The notes: a model not told the origin generated them from the letters alone. DNA of 64,000 bases from Myxococcota bacterium (GCA_965228475.1 OZ245817.1:4800001-4864000), one strand, 5' to 3'. Shown: positions 1 to 10,448, numbered from the stretch's first letter. Made by a program: numbers and translations.

Positions 1-502
1 CGCCGTCCGGGTCGAGGGCCAGGGCGCCGGTGTCGAGCTCGTCCATCACGCCCTCGAGGAAGACGTTCGCGCGCTGCAGGCCCGAGAGCAGGCGCTCGTT
101 CTCACAGCGCAGATCGTGGAAGTCGACGCCGCGCCGCACGATCTGCTTCAGATCCGCCGGCTCCCAGGGCTTGGTCACGTAGGCGAAGACGTGGCCGTCG
201 TTGATGGCCTTGATCGTGGCTTCCATGTCGGCGAAGCCGGTCAGGATGATGCGGGTGGTGGCGGGATAGCGGTCGTAGACCTGGCTCAGGAACTCGACGC
301 CCGTCGTCCCGGGCATGCGCTGATCCGAGATCACGACGGAGACGGGCGTGTTCTCTTCGAGCAGTTCGAGCGCGCGATCGGCGCTCGAAGCCGTCAGGAC
401 TTCGTAGTCGTCGTCGAAGGTGAACGTCATCGTCTCGAGGATGGCTTCCTCGTCGTCGACGATGAGAATGCGGGATCGGTCGGCTACCTCGTTCTGGCTC
501 AC
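1..502 (-). CDS. Response regulator (REC domain followed by probable PAS domain), truncated by the window edge
   Basis: Hand translation from GTG at 502: MSQNEVADRSRILIVDDEEAIL...VVISDQRMPG...IILTGFAD...YVTKPW. Acidic pocket, phospho-Asp and KP are intact. The start overlaps the upstream stop (GTGA). Not in the ORF track. Confidence 0.85.
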   Translation of the reverse strand, partial: MSQNEVADRSRILIVDDEEAILETMTFTFDDDYEVLTASSADRALELLEENTPVSVVISDQRMPGTTGVEFLSQVYDRYPATTRIILTGFADMEATIKAINDGHVFAYVTKPWEPADLKQIVRRGVDFHDLRCENERLLSGLQRANVFLEGVMDELDTGALALDPDG

Positions 503-1056
503 CAGCCGAGGAATCCCCGCTTCTTCTTGCTGCGGCGCTCGGTGATCTGGTCGCGGATCTTCTTGCGCTCCTCGACCAGGCGCTTGGGCAGCCGCTGGCG
601 AGCCGGGCTCGCCCAGGGCCGCTGCTCCGCGCGCTCGCGGAAGGTGCGGAACTTGCGGTAGCCCCAGAGCTCCGCCTCGAACTCCTCCTCGAGCAGCCGC
701 GTCATGATCGCGTCGTCGAGGTAGCCGAGGCCGGGGATCGAGTCCGGGATCAGATCCTGGGGATCCGAGAAGTAGGCGAGCGTGGCGAGGATCTCCCGGC
801 GCGTTCCGGCCGGGACGGCGTAGTCGTCGTCCTTCAGGAGCTGGGTGAGATCGTCGAGGGGCTCGACGGCCTTGCGCACGAAGTGCGGCGTCTTCTTCGA
901 CTTCTGGATCTTCTTGACCAGATCCTGGCCATCCCGGATGACCTTCTTCTCGTCGAGCTTGGCGGCGTTCCGGCGCGCCTTGCGAAACAAGCCTCGGAAG
1001 TGGTCGAGATCTTCGGCGTCGAGTTCGAAGACGATCTTCAGGGACTTCGTGGCCAT
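499..1056 (-). CDS. YkvA/DUF1232 family protein
   Basis: Signature LAYFSDPQDLIPDSIPGLGYLDD. Confidence 0.85.
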   Translation of the reverse strand: MATKSLKIVFELDAEDLDHFRGLFRKARRNAAKLDEKKVIRDGQDLVKKIQKSKKTPHFVRKAVEPLDDLTQLLKDDDYAVPAGTRREILATLAYFSDPQDLIPDSIPGLGYLDDAIMTRLLEEEFEAELWGYRKFRTFRERAEQRPWASPARQRLPKRLVEERKKIRDQITERRSKKKRGFLGW

Positions 1057-1124
1057 CGGGGGGTCTCTCCTCGGAGCGGCAAGCTCCGGCCCGGAAGCGG
1101 CAGGCTCCGGCGGGCGGAACGATA

Positions 1125-2492
1125 TCAGTAACGCGCGTAGGCGATCAAGCGTTCACGCGAGCGCTCCCAATCGCCTTCCCAGTGTTCGATCACGACCTCG
1201 CCGGGGCTCTTGCCGAGGGCGAGTTGCTTTCGCACCGGGTCCAGGAAGCGGCGTTCGTCCTCGCCGAAGGCGTTCTTTTCGCCGATCCGCTCGAGGCCGC
1301 TGGCGGCGAGGTCGGTCACCTCCCCGGCCCACTCGGCGATCGGGCGGCCGCGCAGCTCGGCGCGCATGCCCCGGCGGGCGACGTCCGCCATGGCCTGGGC
1401 CACGTCCTCGGGCTGCCAGTCGGCCGTGAGGGCGGCGGCATCGGCGAGGGCACCGGTGTCGTAGAGGAGGCCCTTCCACAGGGCCGGGAGCGAGCAGGTC
1501 AGGCCCGGCGGCACCGCGTCGGCGCCGCGCAGTTCGATGAAGCGCTTGAGCCGGACGTCCGGGAAGAGCGTCGTCAGGTGCAGGTCGAAATCGCCGAGCG
1601 TCGCGCGGTCGCCCTCGTGGCCTTCGGCCATGAACTGGCGGAAGGTCTTTCGCCCGAGCGGGATCATGCGCTCGCCGCGCATCAGGAAGAACACCGGCGC
1701 ATCGAGCGCCCACTCGACGTAGTCGCGGTAGCCGAAGTCTTCGCCGTAGGCGAAGGGCAGGCCGCCGGTGCGGTCCGGGTCCGTCGCGGTCCAGATGTGG
1801 AGCCGGCGCGAGATGAAGCCGCTGGCCTTGCCGCCGACGAGGCTCGAGTTCGCGAACACCGAAGACACCACCGGCGTGAGTGCCAGCGCCACGCGCATCT
1901 TGCGCGCCATGTCCGCCTCGTCCGAGAAGTCGAGGTTCACCTGCACGGTGGCCGTCGCGTGCATCATCTCGAGGGCGAGCTCGCCGCGCGTCGGCAGGTA
2001 GCTGCGCATGAGCGCGTAGCGTTCCTTCGGGATGCGCGGCAGCTCCTCGACGGTGTGGAAGGGGTGGATGCCGAGCCCCAGCCAGACGATGTCGAGGGGC
2101 TCCGAGACCTGCTTCATCAGCTCGAGGTGATCGTTGAACTCCTTGCACGTCTGATGGATCGTGCGAAGCGGAGCGCCCGAGAGTTCGAGCTGGCCGCCGG
2201 GCTCGAGCGTGAGGCTCGCACCCGCCTGGCGGAGCGCGACGGTCCGGCCGGCCTCGCGCACGCGCTCCATCTGCGGGTCGGCCGCGACGAGACGCTCGAG
2301 CAGCGCTTCGATGCCGTCCTCGCCGTCGAAGGAGACGGGCTCGAGCGTGCTTTCGCGCAGGCCGATCTTCTCGTGCTCGGTGCCGACCCGGTAGTCCTCG
2401 GGCGGCTTCTCGCCCTTGGAGATCAGACCGACGAGATCGTCGATCGAATCGATCGGGGCCTCGAGCTCCGGCTGCGCCTGGTACTGCGTCAT
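1125..2492 (-). CDS. gshA: Glutamate-cysteine ligase (GCS2, plant/alphaproteobacterial type)
   Basis: GTEHEK, LEPGGQLELSGAP, TVQVNLDF, HLTTLFPDVRLKRFIELRGAD. Confidence 0.92.
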   Translation of the reverse strand: MTQYQAQPELEAPIDSIDDLVGLISKGEKPPEDYRVGTEHEKIGLRESTLEPVSFDGEDGIEALLERLVAADPQMERVREAGRTVALRQAGASLTLEPGGQLELSGAPLRTIHQTCKEFNDHLELMKQVSEPLDIVWLGLGIHPFHTVEELPRIPKERYALMRSYLPTRGELALEMMHATATVQVNLDFSDEADMARKMRVALALTPVVSSVFANSSLVGGKASGFISRRLHIWTATDPDRTGGLPFAYGEDFGYRDYVEWALDAPVFFLMRGERMIPLGRKTFRQFMAEGHEGDRATLGDFDLHLTTLFPDVRLKRFIELRGADAVPPGLTCSLPALWKGLLYDTGALADAAALTADWQPEDVAQAMADVARRGMRAELRGRPIAEWAGEVTDLAASGLERIGEKNAFGEDERRFLDPVRKQLALGKSPGEVVIEHWEGDWERSRERLIAYARY

Positions 2493-2526
2493 GACCGCGC
2501 CTCCGGAGAATCGGATCGGGACTGCG

Positions 2527-3234
2527 TCATGCCGCGACCTCGCCGTCTTCGTAGAGGTCCGGGTGGAGGAAGCGGATGAGCGCGCAGAGGACCGCGTGGC
2601 GGCCGTACTCCTGGCGCGTCAGCACGCCCCCGGTCAGCTTGCCGACGTTGCCCATGCCGCGGCCGCTCGGCGCGCTCGAACGCTCGCCGCGCCGCTCCCG
2701 CCAGAGCGCGTCGAAGAGGTCGCCGATCGGGTCGCGGCCCGCGGCGGCCGGCGCGGTCACGGCCGGCGGATAGGCGAAGCCCGACGAGAATCCGAGCCCG
2801 GTCCGCTGGCCGTCGGTGACGACCGCGCATCCGAGGTTGAAGTACGGGTCCATGGGGGCTCCGGGGCGCGGGGCTTGGGCACTGGGATGCCCGCTCTCGC
2901 CGGAGGTCACGCGGGCCGCCTGCTCCCCGAGCGCCGCGAGGCCGCCCTCGAGGGCCACCAGGCCGTCCTCGATGCCGATGCCGAGCTGGGCCCGGGGGCC
3001 TTCGGCCGAGGCCAGGGCGGCCCGGGCGCGGTTGCCGGCCCCGCGGGCGATCTCCTCGAAGCCGACGGGCTGCTCGGGCACGCCCGAATCCACGGCGACC
3101 CCCGAGACCAGCGCCTCGGGGGCGAAGGGCCGGAGCGCGGCCCGGGCGGCGGCCACCTTGGGCCGGTTGGCCGAGCCGACGCGAACCGTCCGCACCCAGC
3201 CGAGGCCGCGCGGGTAGGCCGCGGGGCCGCTCAC
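2527..3234 (-). CDS. yjjX: Non-canonical purine NTP phosphatase (YjjX/DUF84 family)
   Basis: VGSANRPK, SGVPEQPVG, GAGNRA, GIGIEDG, GKLTGGVLTR. Confidence 0.8.
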   Translation of the reverse strand: MSGPAAYPRGLGWVRTVRVGSANRPKVAAARAALRPFAPEALVSGVAVDSGVPEQPVGFEEIARGAGNRARAALASAEGPRAQLGIGIEDGLVALEGGLAALGEQAARVTSGESGHPSAQAPRPGAPMDPYFNLGCAVVTDGQRTGLGFSSGFAYPPAVTAPAAAGRDPIGDLFDALWRERRGERSSAPSGRGMGNVGKLTGGVLTRQEYGRHAVLCALIRFLHPDLYEDGEVAA

Positions 3235-3247
3235 CGCGGCGCCTCGG

Positions 3248-3697
3248 TCACGGCGTCGCGGCCTGCTCGAGGAAGCTCTCCAGGAAGTCGGCCAGGGCCG
3301 GCTCGAGCTCGGCCTCGGCGCCGAACGGGAACGAGAGGCACGGACCCTCGGTCTTGCCGGCCCGGAAGGGGCCGACCAGCGTCACCTCGCCGCGGCTCTT
3401 CACCGTGACGATGGCCGTGTGCCGGCCGCGCCGGACGTCGAACTGCACCGAGCGCAGATGCTTCTCGTCGGCCCGGGGCTCGGAGACGGTGACGGCGAGC
3501 TGCTCCGCGCCGGCCTCCTTCACCGCCCGGTCGTAGCCGGCGAGGCCCTCGTTCACGAGCGCGTGGAGACGCTCCGCGGCGCGGCGCGCTGCGGCCAGGC
3601 CGGCGGCCTCGCCCGCCTCGCGTTCGGCCAGCCGGCGGCCCGCCTCGGCGAGCCGCGCACGCAAGCCATCCGTGTCGAACTGATGGTCGTCACTCAT
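3248..3697 (-). CDS. Hypothetical protein (149 aa)
   Basis: C-terminal, protein-like part of ORF 3248..5254 from ATG 3697 (MSDDHQFDTDG...). Fills the gap in a co-oriented gene run. Confidence 0.7.
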   Translation of the reverse strand: MSDDHQFDTDGLRARLAEAGRRLAEREAGEAAGLAAARRAAERLHALVNEGLAGYDRAVKEAGAEQLAVTVSEPRADEKHLRSVQFDVRRGRHTAIVTVKSRGEVTLVGPFRAGKTEGPCLSFPFGAEAELEPALADFLESFLEQAATP

Positions 3698-3753
3698 GGG
3701 TTTCCAGATTGTGGCGCGAAGGGGAGGAAAGAGTCTAGAGAGTAGAAGCGGGC

Positions 3754-5079
3754 TTAGAGGGCCTCGCCGAGGGCGGCGATGGGCGTCGGGTCGAGCTCGG
3801 CGAGGCTCGCATCGCGGATCGCGGCGAAGGCTTCGAACTGATCCTCGGGGATCGGCGGCGCGGGCGGCGTGTGGAGCTTCTTCGGGTTCACCGCCTTGCC
3901 GTTCTTCTTGAGGTCGTAGTGGACGTGGGGGCCGGTGGCGAGCCCGGTCGAGCCGACGTAGCCGATCACCTGCTTGCGCTTCACCTTGGTGCCGACCTTC
4001 AGGCCGAGGGCGTAGCGCTGGAGGTGTCCGTAGGTCGAGACGAAGCCGTTGGCGTGCTTGACCCGGACCGTCTTGCCCATGCCGCCCATGCGCGAGGCCT
4101 TCACGATCTCGCCGTCGGCGACGGACCAGACGGGAGTCCCGTACGGGGCGGCGTAGTCGACGCCGAGGTGCGGCCGCCGGACGCGCAGGATGGGATGGAG
4201 GCGGTTCCAGCTGAAGGGCGACGTGATGCGCGTGTACTTGAGCGGCGCGCGTACGAACTGGCGCTCGAGGGCGCTGCCGTCCGGGCGGTAGTAGCCGGCC
4301 TCGTCCTCGGTCCATCCATAGTGGATGGCGGTGTGGACCTCGCGGCTGCGATACTGGGCGGCCAGGATCTGGCCCGGGCCGACGTAGACTTCGTTGCCGT
4401 CGCCGTCGGCCTGGTAGAGCCGCTCGTAGAGGATGCGGAACTCGTCGCCGGGGCGGACGTCGCGGGTGAAGTCGAGCTCCCAGGCGAAGAGCTCGGAGAA
4501 GTCGTGGGCGAGCTGGCCGCTCTCGCCGAGGTTGCGGATCGCGTTGTAGACCGAGTTGGCGACGACGCCCGAGAGCCGCTCGACGCGGCGGACCAGGTTC
4601 ACCTCGAGCTTGTGGGCGACGAGGATCCCGGCCACGCGGTGCAGGCGGTAGCCCTCGGTGGCTGACGTCCGGTACTCGAACTCCATCACGCTGCCGTCGG
4701 GACGGCGCACGAGGCGGAAACGATCGCCGGGCTTCGAGTAGCGGAAGTCGAACTCGGGCCGCATCTCCACGGCAATCTCGTGGACGGTGCCCGCCGAGAT
4801 TCCCATGCTCGTGAGCGTGGAGTGGAGCGACTCCCCGGCTTCGATCTCGCCGCGCAGGACGTCGAGGTGGTCTTCGGGGATGGGCGGGCCGAGCGGGGCG
4901 TCGTCGCTCGGGATCGGCAGGGTCTCGACGACCGCCGAGTTCGTGAGGGAATCGGCGTGGGCATCGTCGGTCTGGAACCAGGCGAGGAACGCCACCGCGG
5001 TGACCGCTCCGCAGACGAGCGCCACGCCATAGGCCATCCAGATCTGGCCGCGTCCGAATGAATCGAGTTTGGAGCCCAT
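3754..5079 (-). CDS. M23 family peptidoglycan DD-endopeptidase (MepM/Csd3-like)
   Basis: N-terminal TM segment; intact HLGVD, YGHL and GPHVHY zinc motifs. Confidence 0.9.
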   Translation of the reverse strand: MGSKLDSFGRGQIWMAYGVALVCGAVTAVAFLAWFQTDDAHADSLTNSAVVETLPIPSDDAPLGPPIPEDHLDVLRGEIEAGESLHSTLTSMGISAGTVHEIAVEMRPEFDFRYSKPGDRFRLVRRPDGSVMEFEYRTSATEGYRLHRVAGILVAHKLEVNLVRRVERLSGVVANSVYNAIRNLGESGQLAHDFSELFAWELDFTRDVRPGDEFRILYERLYQADGDGNEVYVGPGQILAAQYRSREVHTAIHYGWTEDEAGYYRPDGSALERQFVRAPLKYTRITSPFSWNRLHPILRVRRPHLGVDYAAPYGTPVWSVADGEIVKASRMGGMGKTVRVKHANGFVSTYGHLQRYALGLKVGTKVKRKQVIGYVGSTGLATGPHVHYDLKKNGKAVNPKKLHTPPAPPIPEDQFEAFAAIRDASLAELDPTPIAALGEAL

Positions 5080-5256
5080 CTACTCCCGAACCACTCCCGA
5101 AGCGATTGAGGTGGCGACGCCAAACGGGCGTTTGGGTGGCGATGCCCGGCAGGCGCGCGTAGCGTACTGATCGACCGGGCGCTGTGCACGCAGAAGTTGG
5201 ATCGAACCCGCGAAATCCCCGCGGGGAAACCCCCGAAAGGCTGAGGGAATCCAAAG

Positions 5257-6711
5257 GTGAAACGGCCGCGCCCCGCCCTCCTTGCCCTCGCCCTGCCCGC
5301 GGCCTTCCTGCTGCTGACGGTGCCCTTTTCTGCCCAGGCGATCTGGCCGTTCGGCGGCAGCGCGCCGGATCCGAGCGAAGACACGGGCGAGGCCGCCGCG
5401 CGCATCCTCTCGCGGGCCATCCAGATCCGCACGGTGAATCCGCCCGGCGACGAGGCGCCCCTGGCCCGTTTCCTGGTCGACATCCTGAAGGACGCCGACG
5501 TCGAGGCCCGGGTGATCGAGACGCCGCGCGGAGACTCGAAGCCCGGGCGCGCCGCCGCCTGGGCCCGCGTGCGCGGGACCGGCGCGCGCCGCCCGATCGT
5601 CCTGCTCTCCCACCTCGACACGGTACCCGCCGACCCCCGCGAGTGGGCCATCGCCCCCTTCGAAGGGGCGACGGGCGCGGGCTCGGTGATCGGCCGCGGG
5701 GCGCTCGATGCCAAGGGCGTCTCCGTCGTCCACCTGATGACCCTGCTCGCCGTCGCCCGGCGAAGCGAGCCCCTCGACCGCGACGTCATCTTCCTCGCCA
5801 CCCCCGACGAAGAGACCGGCGGCCGCGACGGGTCCGGCTACCTCGTCCGCGAGCGCCGCTCCCTCCTCTACGATGCCGAGTACCTGCTCACCGAAGGCGG
5901 CGGGATCCAGGTCAGCGAAGGCGGCACGGACCCGCTCTGGGGCGTCACCGTCACCGAGAAGGCCCCCTGCTGGATGAACCTCGTCGCGGAAGGCACGCCC
6001 GGCCACAGCTCGATCGCGCCGCCGGACACGTCGGTCACCCGCCTGCTCGACGCCCTCCAACGCATCCGCCGCTACGAACCGCCCGTTCGCGTCGTGCCCG
6101 AGGTCCAGCGCATGTTCGCCTCGGTCGCGGACCGCGCTGCGCCGGAGAACCGCGAGGGCTACCGCGACCTCGCCCGCGCTCTGGCCGAGGATGAAGACTT
6201 CCGCCTGCGCTTTCTCGCGAAGCCCGGCCGCGCCGCGCTCGTGCGCAACACCGTCGCCATCACCGTGCTCTCCGGAAGTTCCCAGACGAACGTCATCCCG
6301 GGCGAAGCGCGCGCGCAGCTCGACGTCCGGCTCCTCCCCGGCGAGCACTGTGCGGACTTCGTCAAGACCATCGAGAACGTCGTGCGCGACCGGACGATCC
6401 GCGTCTCACCGGCCCTCGCCTTCACCACGAGCAGCTCGCCGGTGAACACGGCGCTCTATCGCGCCATCGAGCGGGTGGCCGCGCGCGACGACCCGGGCGC
6501 ACTCGTGGCACCGCGGGTAATCGCGGGCTTCACCGACGCGCACTACTACCGGGACCTCGGGATCGTCGCCTACGGGTTCGTTCCGCGCTGGCTCCCGCCG
6601 AGCGAGACGCGCGGCATCCACGGCACGAACGAACGCATCTCCGTCGCGAACCTCGGGCGCGGCACCGAGACGCTCGTCGCCATCCTCGAAGAGCTCGACG
6701 CCATCGAATAG
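5257..6711 (+). CDS. Secreted M20/M25/M40 family metallo-hydrolase
   Basis: Signal peptide; SHLDTVP, GRGALDAKG, DEETGG, GHSS, GIHGTNE. Confidence 0.9.
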   Translation: MKRPRPALLALALPAAFLLLTVPFSAQAIWPFGGSAPDPSEDTGEAAARILSRAIQIRTVNPPGDEAPLARFLVDILKDADVEARVIETPRGDSKPGRAAAWARVRGTGARRPIVLLSHLDTVPADPREWAIAPFEGATGAGSVIGRGALDAKGVSVVHLMTLLAVARRSEPLDRDVIFLATPDEETGGRDGSGYLVRERRSLLYDAEYLLTEGGGIQVSEGGTDPLWGVTVTEKAPCWMNLVAEGTPGHSSIAPPDTSVTRLLDALQRIRRYEPPVRVVPEVQRMFASVADRAAPENREGYRDLARALAEDEDFRLRFLAKPGRAALVRNTVAITVLSGSSQTNVIPGEARAQLDVRLLPGEHCADFVKTIENVVRDRTIRVSPALAFTTSSSPVNTALYRAIERVAARDDPGALVAPRVIAGFTDAHYYRDLGIVAYGFVPRWLPPSETRGIHGTNERISVANLGRGTETLVAILEELDAIE

Positions 6712-6753
6712 CGAGCTCGAGTCCAGGGCGAGTGCGGGGCGGGCCGCCCCGGC

Positions 6754-8082
6754 TCAGTCCTCGCGCAGTTCCTGGATGGCGCGGTGGATCAGCTCGAAGA
6801 GCGACTCCACCTGGTCGACGTCCGTGCACGAGAAGGCGATCCGCAGATCCGTCTTGCTCGTGGCGACGATGCCGGTCTCGTACTCGTCGAGGAGGCGCTG
6901 GCGCACGGCTTCGGCCTCGACGCCCTCGACCTTCACGCACATGAAGTAGCCGCTGTTGAACGGGTAGACCGCGAAGCTCTCCCGGAAGCGGGGCGCGTTC
7001 GCGACGTCGTAGACGCGCTGGGCGCGCAGCCGCAGCGTCTCCGCCTTCTCCTTGCGCTCCTGGGCGATCGACGGGCTCTGGAGCGCCTTCAACACCACGG
7101 ACTGGGAGACCTTCGGCGAGTTCGAGATGGCGCCGCGGATGGCGCCCTTGAGCTTCGCCTCGAGGACGTCGCACACCGTCTCCGCGCCTTCGGCCCGGCC
7201 CGGACCGACCGTGAAGAAGCCGACGCGAAGGCCCCAGACGAAGAGCTCCTTGGTCGCGCCGTCGAGCTTCAGCGCCAGCAGGTTCGGGTGCGCACCGACG
7301 AGCGCGCCGAAGGGCGACTCGGTCATCGAGGGCTTCCCGAGGTGGAAGAACAGGCCGAAGTACGCGTCGTCGGTCACGACGACGAGCTTCGTTCCCTTCT
7401 CCGCCTGGGCGACGAGCGCCTCGACCATGGCGCGCCCCTCTTCCGGGGTCGGCATGTAGCCCGTCGGGTTGTTCGGGAAGTTCAGCAGCACGACGAGCTT
7501 CTCGCGGCCCTCGGCCTCGCGCGCGAGCGCCTCGGCGAAGCCCTTCGTGTTGAAGCCCCCGCCGTCGTAGAACGGGAAGGTCGCGATCTCCGCCTCGAGG
7601 CGGACTTCGTAGATCAGCCGGTAGTTGCCCCAGAGCTGGTCCGGGAGCAGGATGCGATCGCCCGGGTCGATGAAGAGATCGCCGACGAGCGAGAGGCCGT
7701 GGGTGATCGCCGCCGTCGTCACCGGAACGCCGAAGGACTTCCCCGCGAGCGAGGGGTTCTCGGCCAGGATCTTCTCGCGCCAGGCGTCGCGCAGGGCGGG
7801 GATGCCCGCGGGCGGCGCGTAGTCGAGCGCTTCGCCGGCATCGAGCCCCTCGAACTGCGCGAGCAGCGAGGGCAGGTTCATCGGCGCGCCCTCTTCCGTG
7901 GCGATGCCGATCGTCGCGTTGATGCGCTTGCCCTTGGCCTTGGCCTCGGCGCCCTGGGAGAGGATGCCCTTCGGGAAGTAGAGCCGGCGGCCGCGCTCGG
8001 AGAGCATCGCGAGCACCTCGGGCGCGGCTTCGGACAGTCGATCATTCAACTCCGCAGCGAGCGGATTCAGACGCGGACTCAC
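6754..8082 (-). CDS. Class I/II PLP-dependent aminotransferase
   Basis: NFPNNPTGY, TDDAY, GATKELFVWGLRVG (PLP-Lys). Start placed at GTG 8082. Confidence 0.88.
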   Translation of the reverse strand: MSPRLNPLAAELNDRLSEAAPEVLAMLSERGRRLYFPKGILSQGAEAKAKGKRINATIGIATEEGAPMNLPSLLAQFEGLDAGEALDYAPPAGIPALRDAWREKILAENPSLAGKSFGVPVTTAAITHGLSLVGDLFIDPGDRILLPDQLWGNYRLIYEVRLEAEIATFPFYDGGGFNTKGFAEALAREAEGREKLVVLLNFPNNPTGYMPTPEEGRAMVEALVAQAEKGTKLVVVTDDAYFGLFFHLGKPSMTESPFGALVGAHPNLLALKLDGATKELFVWGLRVGFFTVGPGRAEGAETVCDVLEAKLKGAIRGAISNSPKVSQSVVLKALQSPSIAQERKEKAETLRLRAQRVYDVANAPRFRESFAVYPFNSGYFMCVKVEGVEAEAVRQRLLDEYETGIVATSKTDLRIAFSCTDVDQVESLFELIHRAIQELRED

Positions 8083-8158
8083 GATCGGAACCTCGAGAAG
8101 AGTGCAGGGGGAGGACGCTCGCGCGAGGTTACAGCCGGCCGTGGCGTGCGTCCACGGA

Positions 8159-8665
8159 CTAGAGCGTGCGGTGGAGCACCTCGACGAAGTCGCCGAAGCC
8201 GAGGGCGCGCCAGAAGGCCTGACCCTCGGGGTTCCCCTTCGCCACCCGCACCGCCACGCGCCCGACCCCGCGCGCGGAGACCCAGGCCAGGGCCTCCCCG
8301 ACGAGCGCACGGCCGAGGCCGGCACGCCGGAACTCCGGGCGGACGCCCACGTCGGTCACCTCGGCGCGCTCGATCTCGCGCGTGATCGGCGGCGCGCGGT
8401 CGATGCGCACGAGGCAGATCCCCTCGAGGCGGGCGTCGCCCGAGACGAAGGCGGCGGAATCGGGGTCGTGCAGCCAGGCAGCGATCAGGCGCCGGGCCTC
8501 CGGGCGGGCCCCGGAGCGGAGCTCGAAGGCCGCGTCCAGGGGCTCGTGGTGGCGGCCGATCTCGAGCCAGAGGTCCACGACCTCGTCGAGGTCGAGGGCC
8601 GTCGCGCGCCGGATCCTCGGCGCCGCTTCCCGAACGCCGGGGGACGCTCGACGATTCTTCGTCAC
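8159..8665 (-). CDS. GNAT family N-acetyltransferase
   Basis: VGVRPEFRRAGLGRAL motif A and GNPEGQAFWRALGF. GTG start overlaps the upstream TGA. Confidence 0.85.
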   Translation of the reverse strand: MTKNRRASPGVREAAPRIRRATALDLDEVVDLWLEIGRHHEPLDAAFELRSGARPEARRLIAAWLHDPDSAAFVSGDARLEGICLVRIDRAPPITREIERAEVTDVGVRPEFRRAGLGRALVGEALAWVSARGVGRVAVRVAKGNPEGQAFWRALGFGDFVEVLHRTL

Positions 8666-10137
8666 GGGGCGGCGGGCCCGCCGTAGTAGCCACCGGTCTT
8701 CGGAGCGAACGGCTCGCCCCCCTTGCCCGCGAAACGCACCGGGACCGTCTTCGAGCGGCCCTCCTCGTCCCGGACCCACACGGCGAAGGCCAGGTGCGGC
8801 TCGGCGCTGAAGCCGGTGTTGCCGCTCTTCGCGATCTCCTGCCCCGCCTCCACGCGGTCGCCGACGCCGACCCCGATGCCCTTCGAGAGGTGGAGGTAGC
8901 TCGCGTAGGAGCCGTCCTCGTGGAGCACCATGACCACGTTGGCCTGGCTGCGCAGCGCCTTGCTCGTTCCGCCGCGCTCGTACTGATCGACCACCATCAC
9001 GACCTCGCCGGCCCGGGCCGCGCGCACGCTCTCGCCGACGGGCAGGCGAACGTTCACGGCGTGGGCGAGGCGCGGCTCCGTCGCCGAGCGGCCGAACGTG
9101 CCCAGGGAGAAGGGGCGCGGCTTCGAGGAGGCGAAGGGCAGCCGGTAGACGTGAGCGTCGTCGTGGCGGGCGCCCTTGGGCGCGAACTCGAACTGGCCCT
9201 CCTCCGCCTCGAAGGCCATCTCCTTCTCGAGGATGCGCTGGATCTCGCGCTCGCTCTTGCCTTCGGCGGCGAGCAGCGCGATGCGGCCGGAGACCGCCTC
9301 GAGCTGCGCGTCGGAAACCTCGATCCCCTCCTTCGCGAAGCCGGCCTTCAGCTGCTCGCGCAGCGGCGCCATGTCCGCGCTCGCGGCGTACTGGGAAACC
9401 GCCATCTCGCGGAAGCGCTGGTTCGGGGTCTTGCCGCTGCCCTTCACCCACTGGGTGCCGCCGCTGCGCATCATGCGGAACGTCCCCTCCTGGGTGCCGT
9501 CGCGCTCGTAGCGGCCGGTGAGCAGCAGGCCCGAGGAATCGATGGCCGTCGCCGTGTAGCGCGTCGTGCCCTCGAGGGTCTCCGTCATGCCGGAGGAGAG
9601 AGAGTCCGAGCGGGTGAAGACGGGCTCGTCGGGCAGCCCGGAAACGCTCCAGTTCTCGACGTAGGAGATGAAGTTCATGGAGCCGGGGCGCGCGCGCGTC
9701 GCGGAGGTCCAGGTGCCCTCGTCGTCCGGCTTGATCGTCTTGGTCTTGGCACCGCGCTTGTTCACCTCGAGGCCGGCCTGGATGTTCTCGATCTGCGCCT
9801 CGTTCGGTTCCCAGAAGGCGAGGATGCGCGACTGCCGGTTCGTGCCGAGGCGCTCGAAGCGCCCGGTCTCGTCGTCGAAGACGACGATCGGATAGATCGT
9901 CCACTCGATGCGGTCGCCGGCGCGTTCGAACTTCCAGACGTGATCCACCCAGCGCTCGCGGTCCGGGTGGTCGCTGCCCGCATCCTTGTAGTGCGCGAGG
10001 ACGTGCCAGGAGCCGATCAGGTTCTCCACGTCGAAGGCGCGGGCGCTCCCGGGAAGGAGGCTCGAGCCGAGCAGGGCCAGGGCGGCGCCGAGGGTGAGAG
10101 CCCGGCTCCGGCCGGTGAAGTTCCGAATCATCCGCAT
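8662..10137 (-). CDS. Secreted protein with unknown N-terminal domain and degenerate C-terminal M23 domain
   Basis: Signal peptide after ATG 10137 (GGAGG RBS). C-terminus PVGESVRAARAG...YLHL...SGNTGFSAEPHLAF. Confidence 0.8.
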   Translation of the reverse strand: MRMIRNFTGRSRALTLGAALALLGSSLLPGSARAFDVENLIGSWHVLAHYKDAGSDHPDRERWVDHVWKFERAGDRIEWTIYPIVVFDDETGRFERLGTNRQSRILAFWEPNEAQIENIQAGLEVNKRGAKTKTIKPDDEGTWTSATRARPGSMNFISYVENWSVSGLPDEPVFTRSDSLSSGMTETLEGTTRYTATAIDSSGLLLTGRYERDGTQEGTFRMMRSGGTQWVKGSGKTPNQRFREMAVSQYAASADMAPLREQLKAGFAKEGIEVSDAQLEAVSGRIALLAAEGKSEREIQRILEKEMAFEAEEGQFEFAPKGARHDDAHVYRLPFASSKPRPFSLGTFGRSATEPRLAHAVNVRLPVGESVRAARAGEVVMVVDQYERGGTSKALRSQANVVMVLHEDGSYASYLHLSKGIGVGVGDRVEAGQEIAKSGNTGFSAEPHLAFAVWVRDEEGRSKTVPVRFAGKGGEPFAPKTGGYYGGPAAP

Positions 10138-10448
10138 CGCTTCCTCCGCCCGCTTCGAGCCACTGCGCCGCCCGCCTGGCTTCGACGCAAGCGCCGGCGC
10201 GGGATTCGCACCCTCCGGCGGCGCTCCGCGGCTACTCTTGCAGACGAAGGTTGGGGCTTCAACGTTCCCTCCGGATCTCCACGAACCGGATTTTCGCCGC
10301 GGGAATCCCGGTTTGTGGCGCCTTTTGCCGGCTCGCCCGCGCCATGCGCAACGTTTCGGCAAGGAGTGAGAGTCCGGCGCCCGCGCTGCCACCTAGTATC
10401 GGGGCTCGCGGGCGAAGCCGCCTGCCCTCTGGAGAAGCCGACCCCCCG

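Noticed and set aside
10278..10330. Hairpin and TGGC...TTGC motif between the divergent M23 and AAA-kinase genes
   Set aside because: GG to GC spacing is 8 rather than 10, so not a sigma-54 promoter. The hairpin lacks c-di-GMP riboswitch consensus.
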